A stretch of DNA of 64,000 nt from Cyanobacteriota bacterium (GTDB lineage: Bacteria; Cyanobacteriota; Cyanobacteriia; PCC-6307; Cyanobiaceae). The stretch is from the NCBI GenBank assembly GCA_035285465.1, contig JAYKHC010000012.1, forward strand, positions 21,565 through 85,564, written 5' to 3'. This document shows, piece by piece, positions 19,882-29,582 of the stretch (positions are counted from its first letter, which is position 1; every line of letters starts with the position of its first letter). The notes beneath the pieces are model-generated. The model was not told the origin of the DNA, made no database searches, and saw nothing but the letters and a program-made list of their open reading frames with translations. Made by a program: the position numbers and the translations under genes.

Positions 19882-20979
19882 TCAGCTGCCCGGGCTCAGG
19901 GGATCATCGACCTGGCGTGCCCGTGTTCGAGACTCCAGGGAGTTCGTGGCCAGGGCCACAAGGTCATCCAGGGACCGGCTGTTGATCAGCTCGAGCGCCC
20001 GGGCCCGGGAGACGGCGCTCGGGCAGTCATCGGGTCGTTGACAACCCTTCGTGCAGGCGCTGGAGCAGTCGAAAGCCTCGGCTGTGGGTGTGACGCTGGA
20101 GGGCGCAGAAGTCTCCTCCCCCCAGAGGGCCGGGGTCACCACCCCGTCGAAAACCGCTTCAGCAGGCCCGGTCATGAACAGATGGCCGCTGTCTTCATCC
20201 CAGCTGATCTCCAGCGACCCACCTGGCAGTTCGAGCTGAGCCTGGCGTTCCGCCAGACCCAGCCGGTGGCAGACCACCAGAGCGGCGCAGGCCCCGGTGC
20301 CACAGGCGAGAGTCGGGCCGGCACCCCGTTCCCAGACGCGCATCACCAGGTGGCCTGGGGTGATGACCTGCACAAAATGCACATTGGTTTTCGCCGGAAA
20401 GCTCGGATGGATCTCCAGGGCCGCTCCGTATCGGTTCAGATCCACCGCCTCCAGGTCCTCAACGGGGATCACCACGTGAGGATTGCCCATCCCGGCAGCC
20501 CCGACCGGGAATGCGCAGCCATCGGCCTCAAGAATTCCCTGAGGAATGCCGTCGGCCCCGATCGGCAGCGTGGTGGGCACCTCCGCAGGCTCCAGAAAAG
20601 GTGGGCCCATGTCCACCGTCACACGGCTGTCGGGTTGCAACTCGGGCACGATCCGACCTGCGAGCGTTTCAATCTCCCAACGGCGCCCGGGCAGGTCACC
20701 GTCGCTGTCGGCCAGAAATCTGGCGAGACAGCGGATCCCGTTACCACACATCTCAGGTTCACTGCCATCAGCGTTGAAGATCCTCATCCGCAGCTCTCCA
20801 CCCTCTCTGGGCGGAATGGCCAGGATGATTCCATCGGCGCCGACACCGAAGCGCCGGTCACAAAGCTGCCTCACCCGTTGCGGGGTCAGTCCGAAGCCGG
20901 GATCCGGATCAGCGGAGTCCCGTCCGTCAAGCATCAAGAAATCGTTGCCGAGGCCCTGATACTTGCTGAACGGGAGCAC
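19882..20979 (-). CDS. dapF: Diaminopimelate epimerase with an ~84-aa Cys-containing C-terminal tail
   Basis: The track ORF extends to 21108. I prefer in-frame GTG 20979 (M-LPFSKYQGLGNDFLMLDGR, the canonical DapF N-terminus). Both catalytic Cys regions are present (MCGNGIRC; LACGTGACA). The DapF fold ends near ...AEAVFDGVV, and the tail follows to the stop. Confidence 0.85.
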   Translation of the reverse strand: MLPFSKYQGLGNDFLMLDGRDSADPDPGFGLTPQRVRQLCDRRFGVGADGIILAIPPREGGELRMRIFNADGSEPEMCGNGIRCLARFLADSDGDLPGRRWEIETLAGRIVPELQPDSRVTVDMGPPFLEPAEVPTTLPIGADGIPQGILEADGCAFPVGAAGMGNPHVVIPVEDLEAVDLNRYGAALEIHPSFPAKTNVHFVQVITPGHLVMRVWERGAGPTLACGTGACAALVVCHRLGLAERQAQLELPGGSLEISWDEDSGHLFMTGPAEAVFDGVVTPALWGEETSAPSSVTPTAEAFDCSSACTKGCQRPDDCPSAVSRARALELINSRSLDDLVALATNSLESRTRARQVDDPLSPGS

Positions 20980-21024
20980 GATGAAGGTTGGGCGTCTCGC
21001 CCTTGATCCTAGGAACGGGGTCCG

Positions 21025-21261
21025 ATGCACGGAACTCAGGAGCGTGGCGCTGGCGGCCTCGATACCACTCAACCGGGAACACGGCACATTCAGTCCCTGA
21101 TCCGACAACGAACCCCGGTGAGCCTGCTCATCGAGGGAGGGTTGGAGTTGGAGGGCACCCTTCAGTGGCAGGACGGTTCATTCCTGGCCCTCTGCCTCGA
21201 GGGCAGGCCGATCTGCCTGGTGAACCGACGGGCGGTGCTCGTGCTTCGTGCCCTGGGCTGA
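21025..21261 (+). CDS. hfq: Cyanobacterial-type Hfq (Sm-like) protein
   Basis: 78 aa. [55 protein letters not shown] aligns by eye with Synechocystis Ssr3341 ([32 protein letters not shown]...IVRLAAIAYI). The exact start is uncertain. Confidence 0.65.
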   Translation: MHGTQERGAGGLDTTQPGTRHIQSLIRQRTPVSLLIEGGLELEGTLQWQDGSFLALCLEGRPICLVNRRAVLVLRALG

Positions 21262-21322
21262 CACCGGCTCAGGCAGGGGTGTGGGACCATCCACTGGCCT
21301 GAACCGGGCTGCTGTGAGGGAC

Positions 21323-23938
21323 GTGAGCCGCTACCAACCCCAGTCGATTGAGATCACCTGGCAGCAGGCCTGGCAGAACGCCGGGCTTCATGAAACGCCC
21401 GAGCTGAGTGGTGGGGAGAAGGGCTTCTATGCCCTTTCCATGTTCCCCTATCCCTCGGGGAACCTGCACATGGGACATGTGCGCAACTACGTGATCACCG
21501 ATGTGGTCGCCCGCGTGCAGCGGATGCGCGGTATGAGGGTGTTGCACCCCATGGGCTGGGATGCCTTCGGGCTGCCGGCGGAGAATGCCGCGATCGAGCG
21601 CGGTGTCGACCCTGCCCAATGGACCGACCGGAACATCGCGGCGATGCGCGACCAGCTGAAGCGGCTCGGACTCTCGATTGACTGGGACCGGGAAGTCACC
21701 ACCTGTCACAGCGACTATTACCACTGGACACAGTGGCTGTTTCTGCAGTTCCTGGATGCCGGCCTCGCCTACCAGAAAGAGGCCTCCGTCAACTGGGACC
21801 CGGTTGACCAGACGGTACTTGCCAACGAACAGGTGGACGCGGATGGACGCTCCTGGAGATCCGGAGCCCTGGTGGAGAAGCGCAAGCTTCGTCAGTGGTT
21901 TCTCAGAATCACCGACTATGCCGACAGGCTTCTGGACGATCTTGCCGATCTGAAGGGCTGGCCGGAGCGGGTCAGAACGATGCAGGCCAACTGGATTGGC
22001 CGCAGTCGGGGAGCTGAGCTCCATTTTCAGGTGGTCGATGCGCAGGGTGCGCCGACAGGCGATCAGATCACCGTATTCACCACAAGGCCCGACACCGTGT
22101 TCGGGGTCAGCTACCTGGTGCTGGCACCTGAACACCCGCTGGTGACCAGGCTCACCAGCGACGAGCAGAGACAGGTTGTCGAAGCGTTCCGCCACCTGGT
22201 GGGCCTTCAGAGTGACCAGGAGCGGACAGCTGAGGGCAAGCCTAAACGGGGACATTCACTGGGGGCCTGGGTGCGCAATCCCGCCAACGGTGAACGGATC
22301 CCTGTGTGGATTGCCGACTACGTGCTCGCTGATTACGGCACCGGTGCGGTCATGGGCGTACCAGCCCATGATCAGCGGGATTTTCTGTTCTCCCGCCAAT
22401 ACGAACTGCCCATCCGGCGGGTGATTGTCCCCTCGGGCAGTGACGACCACGCCTATGAGGGTGGTGCCTGGACGGGTTCTGGGGTGTTGATCAATTCCGG
22501 ACGCTTTGATGGGCTCGATTGCGTTGAAGCTCGGACCGCGATCACGGCGGCAGCAGAAGCTGATGGCTGGGGTCGGGAGCGACTGCAGTACAGGCTTCGC
22601 GACTGGCTGATTTCCCGTCAGCGTTACTGGGGCTGCCCGATTCCCGTTGTTCACTGCAAGAGCTGTGGGGTCGTTCCGGTTCCTGCCGACCAATTGCCCG
22701 TGACCCTGCCCGAGCATCCAGATCTGAGTGGCAAAGGTGTTTCGCCACTGGCTCAGATCAGGGGTTGGGTTGAGGTGGACTGCCCTCGATGTGGTGGATC
22801 TGCGCAGCGTGAGACCGACACGATGGATACGTTCATCTGCTCGAGCTGGTATTTCCTTCGATATAGCGATCCCACCAACAAGACACTGCCATTTACACGA
22901 GAGTCCGCCGATTCCTGGCTGCCTGTTGATCAGTATGTAGGCGGGATTGAACACGCCATCCTTCACCTCCTCTATGCACGTTTCTTCACAAAGGTGATGC
23001 TGGATCGAGGCCTTGTTGGATTCAGCGAGCCCTTTGCGCGCCTTCTGACCCAGGGGATGGTTCAAGGGCTTACATACAGGAACTCTTCTTCAGGCCGCTA
23101 CATCGCCCCTTCAGATGTGAGCGACCCAAGCGATCCTCGAGATCCCGTCACCGGTGAATCTTTGGAAACATTCTTTGAAAAGATGTCTAAATCCAAGTAC
23201 AACGGAGTTGATCCTGCCTCTGTCATCGATCGCTACGGGGCTGACACGGCACGGATGTTCATCCTGTTCAAGGCTCCTCCTGAAAAGGATCTCGAATGGG
23301 ACGACGCGGATGTGGAAGGCCAGTTTCGATTTCTTCAGCGGATCTGGCGAATGGTTCATGCCGCTGTAGATCGCGGACTGAGGCTTCATGCAGCTCAGGA
23401 TGCTGGGGATCCAAGCACCTGGACAGCTGCCGAACGGGAGCTTCGCCGCGCTGTGCATACCGCCATCGGATCCATCAGTGAGGATCTGGAGGGCGACTAT
23501 CAATTCAACACGGCGATATCAGAGCTGATGATCCTGAGTCATGCCATGGCACAGCATCTCGAGTGCAGCCGACCCGCTCTGGCATGTGAAGCCCTCAGAA
23601 CCCTGCTGGTGCTCCTCGCACCCTTCGCGCCCCATCTCGCCGAAGAGCTATGGCTGAGTCTTGAAGCCCGAACCGAAGCGGATGATCTCAGGGCGAGCAG
23701 CGTTCATCGTCAAGCCTGGCCGGTCGTCGATCCCAGCGCGTTGATCCGCGACACAGTGTCTGTGGTCATACAGGTGCGTGGAAAAGTGCGGGGCAGTCTT
23801 GAAGTTCCAGCAGATGCAGACAGTGCAACGATTGAAAAGCTTGCACTTGCAAGCACGATTGCTGAAAAGTGGCTGGAAGGTCAGCCACCGAGGAGAGTGA
23901 TCGTTGTGCCCGGTAAGTTGGTGAACCTCGTGCCCTGA
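21323..23938 (+). CDS. leuS: Leucine--tRNA ligase
   Basis: Class I HIGH motif ([15 protein letters not shown]), the CP1 editing domain and KMSKS ([11 protein letters not shown]). The track ORF starts at 21248, overlapping hfq. In-frame GTG 21323 ([17 protein letters not shown]) is the likely start. Confidence 0.95.
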   Translation: MSRYQPQSIEITWQQAWQNAGLHETPELSGGEKGFYALSMFPYPSGNLHMGHVRNYVITDVVARVQRMRGMRVLHPMGWDAFGLPAENAAIERGVDPAQWTDRNIAAMRDQLKRLGLSIDWDREVTTCHSDYYHWTQWLFLQFLDAGLAYQKEASVNWDPVDQTVLANEQVDADGRSWRSGALVEKRKLRQWFLRITDYADRLLDDLADLKGWPERVRTMQANWIGRSRGAELHFQVVDAQGAPTGDQITVFTTRPDTVFGVSYLVLAPEHPLVTRLTSDEQRQVVEAFRHLVGLQSDQERTAEGKPKRGHSLGAWVRNPANGERIPVWIADYVLADYGTGAVMGVPAHDQRDFLFSRQYELPIRRVIVPSGSDDHAYEGGAWTGSGVLINSGRFDGLDCVEARTAITAAAEADGWGRERLQYRLRDWLISRQRYWGCPIPVVHCKSCGVVPVPADQLPVTLPEHPDLSGKGVSPLAQIRGWVEVDCPRCGGSAQRETDTMDTFICSSWYFLRYSDPTNKTLPFTRESADSWLPVDQYVGGIEHAILHLLYARFFTKVMLDRGLVGFSEPFARLLTQGMVQGLTYRNSSSGRYIAPSDVSDPSDPRDPVTGESLETFFEKMSKSKYNGVDPASVIDRYGADTARMFILFKAPPEKDLEWDDADVEGQFRFLQRIWRMVHAAVDRGLRLHAAQDAGDPSTWTAAERELRRAVHTAIGSISEDLEGDYQFNTAISELMILSHAMAQHLECSRPALACEALRTLLVLLAPFAPHLAEELWLSLEARTEADDLRASSVHRQAWPVVDPSALIRDTVSVVIQVRGKVRGSLEVPADADSATIEKLALASTIAEKWLEGQPPRRVIVVPGKLVNLVP

Positions 23939-23956
23939 ACTCTGATCTGCAGACCT

Positions 23957-24268
23957 TCAGCGGTATGCCTTCAGCGGTGGGTAGCTGGGTCTCGGTTTCA
24001 GAGGGACGCTGGGACGGTGCGTGTCGTTGGTCGTGGCCTTGTCATTCGCCGCCGTAATGACCCAGCCCGTGGAGATCAGGCCATCAGCAAAGCTCATCAG
24101 GTCGGAATAACCGGGAAAAGCGCGCCGATCACGGAGATACAGCGGATTGGATCCGTCTCTTGGATGCTGCAACCGTGCCGCAAACCCACCTTCTTCCTCG
24201 ACGAAGAGCCACTGGCCTTTGAACTGCGCCTTGGGGTCACAGAGGCTGAACAGGAGTTGTCGCGACAT
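23957..24268 (-). CDS. Hypothetical protein
   Basis: The track ORF is 23957-24349. Internal ATG 24268 (MSRQLLFSLCDPKAQFKGQWLFVEEEGG...) leaves a sensible gap after pgi. No recognisable domain. Confidence 0.4.
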   Translation of the reverse strand: MSRQLLFSLCDPKAQFKGQWLFVEEEGGFAARLQHPRDGSNPLYLRDRRAFPGYSDLMSFADGLISTGWVITAANDKATTNDTHRPSVPLKPRPSYPPLKAYR

Positions 24269-24361
24269 GGTGACTGAGAGCAAACAAGGATCGGGTTGTA
24301 TCCAACTCCAATCTGCAGCCCGTCTGTTGAGCGGTCTGTAGCCACTCACACTGCCCAGCCA

Positions 24362-25993
24362 TCACGATCGACGAAACCGCAAGCTCGACGGATCTCCCCA
24401 TGAGCCCTCAGCCTGGATCCCTCGTGAATTGGCGCAGAGGTGCCGCAGGATCCAGAAAATCGGTTCTGAGGAGGCCAGCTGCAGGCGCTGCTTGAGTTCC
24501 TCCAGATCGTGGGGTTGGTGATCGGCAAGCAGAGCTTCGAGTTCACCCTGCAGGGAAAGGATGCCTGCCGCAGCCTTCTTGCCTGCTTCCACACCGGGCT
24601 GGTGATAAGCGTTCACATTGATCAATTCTCCATAAAGTCCAACCGCTCGCTCGAACAGAGCGATCAAGGCCCCCAACGTTCTGGCGTCGAGCCGGCGCAA
24701 CGTGATCGACAGGCTCTGCCGCCCACTCTCCAGAAGGGCTGAACGAGTTCCCTGCAGGAAACCATCCAGGAAATCCGCAGGATGTTCTCCATCAATGGGG
24801 AGGATGTCGAGCGGATCCTCCAACACCTCAATGAAGGTGACAAAGAAGTTATCAATTCCATCGCGCAGCTGCTGCACGTACGCATGTTGATCCGTGGAAC
24901 CCTTGTTGCCATAAACGGCGATTCCCTGGTGAACGGTCCTGCCCTCGCGGTCGAGGGCCTTCCCCAGGCTCTCCATCACCAGTTGCTGCAGGTAGCGGCT
25001 GAACAATTCCAACCGGTCCCGGTACGGCAGAACCACCATGTCGCGCCGGCCCTGACCGTCTCCGGCCGTGTACCAGGCTGCTGCCAGCAGAGCGGCTGGA
25101 TTGGAAGCCAGATCCGGGATTCTGGTTCTGGCATCCATGGCTGCTGCACCAGCCAGGAAGCCCCGGATGTCCGCACCGACAAGAGCTCCGGGCAGCAGCC
25201 CCACCGCCCCGGTGATGCTGGTGCGTCCACCCACCCAATCGGGCAGATCGAAGCGGGCCAGCCAACCCTGGGAGCTGGCCGTCTGGTCGAGCCTGCTTCC
25301 CTGCATGGTCACCGCCACGGCCTGACTCGACCAATCTCCACCGCGGGCTTCCACGGCCCGGCGAGCCTGCTGCATCCCGAGGTGGGGTTCAGGCGTCCCT
25401 CCGGACTTGCTGACCACAATCACCAGGGTGGTGAGCAGACGGTTGCCGATCGCTGCGAGTGTGCGATGGATGCCGTCGGGGTCAACGTTGTCGATGAAAT
25501 GGAACGGAAGTCCCTCGCCAGGGTTCTGCAAGGCCTTCACGACCAGCAGAGGGCCGAGTCCGGAGCCTCCGATCCCGATCCACAGCACATCGGTGAATCG
25601 GCTTCCGGATCCGGGCTTGATCGTTCCGGCCAGCACATCGCGCCCAAACGATGCAATGTGATCCACTTCCGCCTTCACGTGGGCCGTCACCTGAGGATCC
25701 GGCGCAAGCTCGGGTGATCTCAGCCAGTAGTGGCCCACCTGGCGCTGTTCATCAGCATTGGCGATGGCTCCGGTCTCCAGGGCCTCCATCGCAACGAAGG
25801 CTGCTGCCATCTGCTCCTGGAGATCGCTCAGCTGAGCCCCGGTGATGGCCATCCGACTGAGATCGAGCCAGGCCCCGAGTTCGTCGTCAAACCACAACAG
25901 CTGCTGAAACCGTTGCCACTGGCTGGCTGGGTCATGGGGATCAAGGGCCGGCAGGTCAGCTGTGCTGGAAGCGGCTGCGGTGGACTCGGCCAT
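24362..25993 (-). CDS. pgi: Glucose-6-phosphate isomerase
   Basis: 543 aa. PGI family blocks (IGIGGSGLGP, VVSKSGGTPEP, GGRTSITGAVGLLP, NAYHQPGVEAGKK). Confidence 0.95.
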   Translation of the reverse strand: MAESTAAASSTADLPALDPHDPASQWQRFQQLLWFDDELGAWLDLSRMAITGAQLSDLQEQMAAAFVAMEALETGAIANADEQRQVGHYWLRSPELAPDPQVTAHVKAEVDHIASFGRDVLAGTIKPGSGSRFTDVLWIGIGGSGLGPLLVVKALQNPGEGLPFHFIDNVDPDGIHRTLAAIGNRLLTTLVIVVSKSGGTPEPHLGMQQARRAVEARGGDWSSQAVAVTMQGSRLDQTASSQGWLARFDLPDWVGGRTSITGAVGLLPGALVGADIRGFLAGAAAMDARTRIPDLASNPAALLAAAWYTAGDGQGRRDMVVLPYRDRLELFSRYLQQLVMESLGKALDREGRTVHQGIAVYGNKGSTDQHAYVQQLRDGIDNFFVTFIEVLEDPLDILPIDGEHPADFLDGFLQGTRSALLESGRQSLSITLRRLDARTLGALIALFERAVGLYGELINVNAYHQPGVEAGKKAAAGILSLQGELEALLADHQPHDLEELKQRLQLASSEPIFWILRHLCANSRGIQAEGSWGDPSSLRFRRS

Positions 25994-26137
25994 GGAGGAA
26001 AGGGATCTGGGCCGAACTTAGTGGGACCCGGACTTCCGGGAATGTCAACTGACCCTTCACGGTTGATGGCCATGAACCCTGTGTGAGGACGGTCCGGGTT
26101 CCGGCCGGCATCCGGCCCTGGCCTGGAAGGAGAAGGG

Positions 26138-26167
26138 TGTTAAATTAAATGTTGATTTATTGTTAAC
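26138..26167. promoter_or_regulatory. AT-rich island with three phased TGTTRA direct repeats (candidate operator or Pho-box-like element)
   Basis: TGTTAA at 26138, TGTTGA at 26150 and TGTTAA at 26161, giving 12- and 11-bp spacing. The outer arms form TGTTAA-N18-TTAACA. This is the only strongly AT-rich stretch in the pgi/SLT-like divergent intergenic region. Confidence 0.3.
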
Positions 26168-26212
26168 AGTCGCTTGGGTGGTCCCACTCCCATCTCAGGC
26201 AGCAGGAGGTCC

Positions 26213-26989
26213 GTGCCTCCCCGGGCTTTGCTCTACCTGGGGCTTTTGGGTGTCTCTGCCTTTCCCGTGGCGGACGCTGTGCGCCTGACGGATCCCCCAC
26301 CGATTGTCTCCAGTCAGGAACTGCAACAGACCCTTCCAGGGCCCTCGGATCCCCTCCAGTTCAGCACTGATGAACTCAGGAGTCTGCAGAATCGTTTCGG
26401 GGTGCATGGACCCCAGCCCCGACTGGCGCAGCTGTTCACCGAGGGGCTGGATCAGCTCCAGCTGCTCCGCACCAGCACGTTGCAACGGATCGAGCACCTT
26501 CGCCCTGTGATTCTGAGGGAGTCAGCGAAGCACCGGGTGAATCCCGTTCTGGTCGCCGCGGTTCTGTTCGACGAAATGCGTCACGCCAAACCCGGTGAGG
26601 ATCTGCCGATCGCAGCCCATTCGGGCCTGTTCAGCACCCATGGACCCGGTCAGCTGGCCGTGAGTGAACTGGTGCATCAGGGCCTTCTTTCCAAGGAAGC
26701 CACCCCTGAGGAGATCTCGGCCGCCCGGGACAGCCTGCTGGATCCGGAAACCAATGTGCGGATTCTTGTGGGTAAGTTCGCCCGGCTGAGCCGTGAACTC
26801 AACCTTCCCTCCGACCGGATGTTGCAGGCCAGCACGAATCAGGCTGATGCCAAGGCACTGGCTACCCTCGCTTACCTCCACAACGGCAAGTTGGATTATC
26901 CCCGCAGGATCCTGAGGTCCATGCAGGATCCCGAGTTGCATGCCCTGATGTTCGGGAAGCGGAAGAAGCCTGTCTCACCCATGATCTGA
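26213..26989 (+). CDS. Secreted protein, possibly lytic-transglycosylase (SLT)-like
   Basis: The track ORF starts at TTG 26174. GTG 26213 gives a cleaner signal peptide (M-PPRALLYLGLLGVSAFPVADA). ILRESAKHRVNPVLVAAVLFDEMRH ... THGPGQL loosely resembles the SLT-domain pattern (E ... GxxQ). The assignment is tentative. Confidence 0.5.
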   Translation: MPPRALLYLGLLGVSAFPVADAVRLTDPPPIVSSQELQQTLPGPSDPLQFSTDELRSLQNRFGVHGPQPRLAQLFTEGLDQLQLLRTSTLQRIEHLRPVILRESAKHRVNPVLVAAVLFDEMRHAKPGEDLPIAAHSGLFSTHGPGQLAVSELVHQGLLSKEATPEEISAARDSLLDPETNVRILVGKFARLSRELNLPSDRMLQASTNQADAKALATLAYLHNGKLDYPRRILRSMQDPELHALMFGKRKKPVSPMI

Positions 26990-26992
26990 AGC

Positions 26993-27865
26993 TCAGACCG
27001 ACTGCCGGCAGAGCATCCCGATGTTCTCCAGCCTGACTTGAAGTGCCTTCCAGTCAAAGCTGCGCGGATCCGCGCGCTCACCCCCGAGATCCACGACCCG
27101 GTGGGTGGTGATGTTCTCGAAAGGAATGTTGAAACGCTTCATCCAGCTGGCGAGAAGCACCGCCAGAGCGTCGTACTGCTGAGGAGAATAGCCACTGTGA
27201 TGAGGTCCATCGTCTTCACCATCAAGAGGGGTTTCGAGGCTCACGTGCAGCGCGAAATTGTTGACAGACCCTCTCACCCGGGGGTTGGTGATCACCCAGC
27301 GACCATCGAAGGCTGAATTCCCTGCGCCGAAGGCTCGCTTCACCGGGTCCAGGAGTTCCACCAATTCTCCGTCCAGACTGATCAGCGCGTGATAGCTCAC
27401 CTGGTCATCGTCATTGGGGTGCTCCGTCATGAAGGTGTTGATCGCGGACTGGATGCCGTAGACCGTCTCGTGGAGCACGACGAGTTTCGGAGTGGGATTC
27501 ACCGGATTGCCGAAGGCATCCACACGAAAACGATCGCCGTAGTTGCTGGGGTGAATCGGAACCCTGGTGGCCTGATCCGGAAGGGCGGCCAGAAGGCTGC
27601 GAAGACGTCGGGACTCCACGGCATCGTTGACCCGGCAGCTTGAACGCAGGGGCGAGGTCCAGCCTGAATGAGGGGGTGGCTTCGGTGGATCGCGTCGTTC
27701 CTGACTCGCGAACGGGTTGGGCTCACCCAGCACCTGAAACATTTCAAGCAGGGCAAGATCCCTGGGAGCCAGCCCTGACTCACCCGGCTCCCAGGAACGA
27801 GACAACCATCCCAGACCTCCCAGACTCACCGCCATGGCGGTGACCACGGCCATGTGCAGCTTCAT
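26993..27865 (-). CDS. N-acetylmuramoyl-L-alanine amidase (Amidase_2 / PGRP-type)
   Basis: 290 aa with an N-terminal signal or anchor (MKLHMAVVTAMAVSLGGLGWL). LVVLHETV...VSYHALISLDGELVELL...AFGAGNS...ALHVSLE...YDALAVLLASWMKRFNIP...ITTHRVVD fits AmpD/AmiD-type zinc amidases. Confidence 0.82.
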   Translation of the reverse strand: MKLHMAVVTAMAVSLGGLGWLSRSWEPGESGLAPRDLALLEMFQVLGEPNPFASQERRDPPKPPPHSGWTSPLRSSCRVNDAVESRRLRSLLAALPDQATRVPIHPSNYGDRFRVDAFGNPVNPTPKLVVLHETVYGIQSAINTFMTEHPNDDDQVSYHALISLDGELVELLDPVKRAFGAGNSAFDGRWVITNPRVRGSVNNFALHVSLETPLDGEDDGPHHSGYSPQQYDALAVLLASWMKRFNIPFENITTHRVVDLGGERADPRSFDWKALQVRLENIGMLCRQSV

Positions 27866-29571
27866 GGCACCGTGAGCTGCAGCCAGGCAGCCCGTCGGCC
27901 CGCTTCAAGGGAGCCCGACCCGTCACGGTTCACCAGCCTCCAGCGACTGATCCCGGGGGCAGCCGGCACCAGAGAGCTCCTGCGCACCAGGCCATCCCGC
28001 ACCCAGAGCAACTCTCGGCTCTGCAAGGGAGCGAGACGAGCCAGTTCCCGCTCGACATCCTCAACGCTGCGCAACCGGCGACCATCGAGGGCAAGCAGTT
28101 CATCTCCCACACTGAGCCCAGCGGACCGTGCCGGTGCCTCCCGCTCCAGCCGCTTAACCCGCGGTCCTCCGGTGCAGTCCTCGAGTTGCCAACCGGCGGA
28201 TGGAATCGTTGCAGATTCGGCCTCAAGACGCAGACCAACCCAGGCGAGAGCCTGCTCAAGCGGTGGATCCTGCGTTGAGCTCAACCATTCGGGAAGCAAC
28301 GAAGCCAGTGAGGGATCCGCCGCGCTGAACGCGCTCAACAGGTCGGCCTCGCTGTAACCGCGGCCGATGCCGCCCTGGTTGCGCCAGAGGCTCCGCAGCA
28401 CCTCCGGGAGTGCCGTCCCCCGGGCCCTCAGATGCAGATCCAGCACCAGGGCCAGAACGGCTCCTTTCAGGTAGTAGCTGATCTGGGTTCCCCAGCTGTG
28501 ATCATCGGCGAGGTAGAGCTTGACCCAGGCCTCCTGACTGCTGGCCCGAAGACTCTGGATATGCCGTCCGCTGTTGAGAAGATAACGGCTCAGATCGGTG
28601 CTGAGGTCTTCCAGAACCTCTTCTTCACGGGTGATTCCTGCGGAGTGTGGAAGCAGCAGATCCAGATAGCTGGTGAGACCTTCCGCAAACCAGAGGGTGG
28701 GCACCACGACCGCTGTTTCGTAGTCGTAGGGAATGAGCTCGGCTGGACGCAGCCGTCGCACATTCCACTGATGAAGGTATTCGTGAGCCACCAGCTGCAG
28801 CAACTTGCGTCGGCCGTCGGGTTGACACAGGGCCCTCCGTCCGAACTGAAGGACGCAGCTGCTGTCGTGCTCGAGCCCTCCGTACCCGTTCTCCGTGCGA
28901 TGCAACACCATCAGGTAGTGATCGGCCGCGGGGCGTGTCACCCCCATCAGTCGACAACAGGCCAGGGCGATCCTGTTCAGATCCTCCAGCCAGTGCGGAT
29001 CCTCCGCAGGCAGGTCGCCACCCCACTCCACCCAACGATGCGGAACCTCGGCAACGTGGAAGAGATGGCTGGGATGGGGCCCTGCTTCCACTGGGGTGTC
29101 GATCAGTTGGTCGAAATCACAGGCTTCCCATTGGTGCTCCCCGACCCGCGGAAGCGGAACGAAGGCTTCCCAGCCATCAGGAAGTTCCAGGCGGAGTCGG
29201 TGGGCACTCCAACGCTCACCTTCCATGGCCAGCGCCAGCGCCGCCAGCACGAGGAAGCCATGATCCACGCTGAGATGGCAGGTGCGCACACTCAGTTCCG
29301 GGGCGAGAATCTGATAACGAACTTCGAGGGGATCCAACGTGGGAAGCTGACATTCCCAGCTGGCCACGCCCGTTCGTTGCAGGGTCGGCGTCTGGCCCGA
29401 CTGATGCAATACGAGGGATTCAAGCCTGCGAACGTAGTGCCGAATCAGGTAGGACCCTGGTGTCCACTGCGGCAGAGAGAATCGCAGCAGGCGGGAACGG
29501 GGCGTCAGCTGCAGCTTCGCCCGCACCAGCTGACGATGAGGTTCCGTGAGGCGCAGGGTGAGCAGGGGCAC
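27862..29571 (-). CDS. M61 family glycyl aminopeptidase with C-terminal PDZ domain
   Basis: 569 aa, GTG start. HExxH zinc motif (VAHEYLHQWNV) in an M61-like context, and a C-terminal PDZ-like segment (SAGLSVGDELLALDGRRL). The stop overlaps the amidase start (ATGA). Confidence 0.82.
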   Translation of the reverse strand: MPLLTLRLTEPHRQLVRAKLQLTPRSRLLRFSLPQWTPGSYLIRHYVRRLESLVLHQSGQTPTLQRTGVASWECQLPTLDPLEVRYQILAPELSVRTCHLSVDHGFLVLAALALAMEGERWSAHRLRLELPDGWEAFVPLPRVGEHQWEACDFDQLIDTPVEAGPHPSHLFHVAEVPHRWVEWGGDLPAEDPHWLEDLNRIALACCRLMGVTRPAADHYLMVLHRTENGYGGLEHDSSCVLQFGRRALCQPDGRRKLLQLVAHEYLHQWNVRRLRPAELIPYDYETAVVVPTLWFAEGLTSYLDLLLPHSAGITREEEVLEDLSTDLSRYLLNSGRHIQSLRASSQEAWVKLYLADDHSWGTQISYYLKGAVLALVLDLHLRARGTALPEVLRSLWRNQGGIGRGYSEADLLSAFSAADPSLASLLPEWLSSTQDPPLEQALAWVGLRLEAESATIPSAGWQLEDCTGGPRVKRLEREAPARSAGLSVGDELLALDGRRLRSVEDVERELARLAPLQSRELLWVRDGLVRRSSLVPAAPGISRWRLVNRDGSGSLEAGRRAAWLQLTVP

Positions 29572-29582
29572 TGGATCACCAC

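Noticed and set aside
19606-21006. A 466-aa + strand ORF spanning the desulfurase and dapF region.
   Set aside because: It is antisense to two genes with clear catalytic motifs (the PLP-Lys region and the DapF Cys pairs). It also crosses their gene boundary, which a real gene would not be expected to do.
26037-26050. A 6-2-6 inverted repeat, CCCGGA-CT-TCCGGG, upstream of pgi.
   Set aside because: It is short and GC-rich in a GC-rich genome, so chance occurrence is likely. The 2-nt spacer precludes a hairpin. Nothing links it to a known operator.
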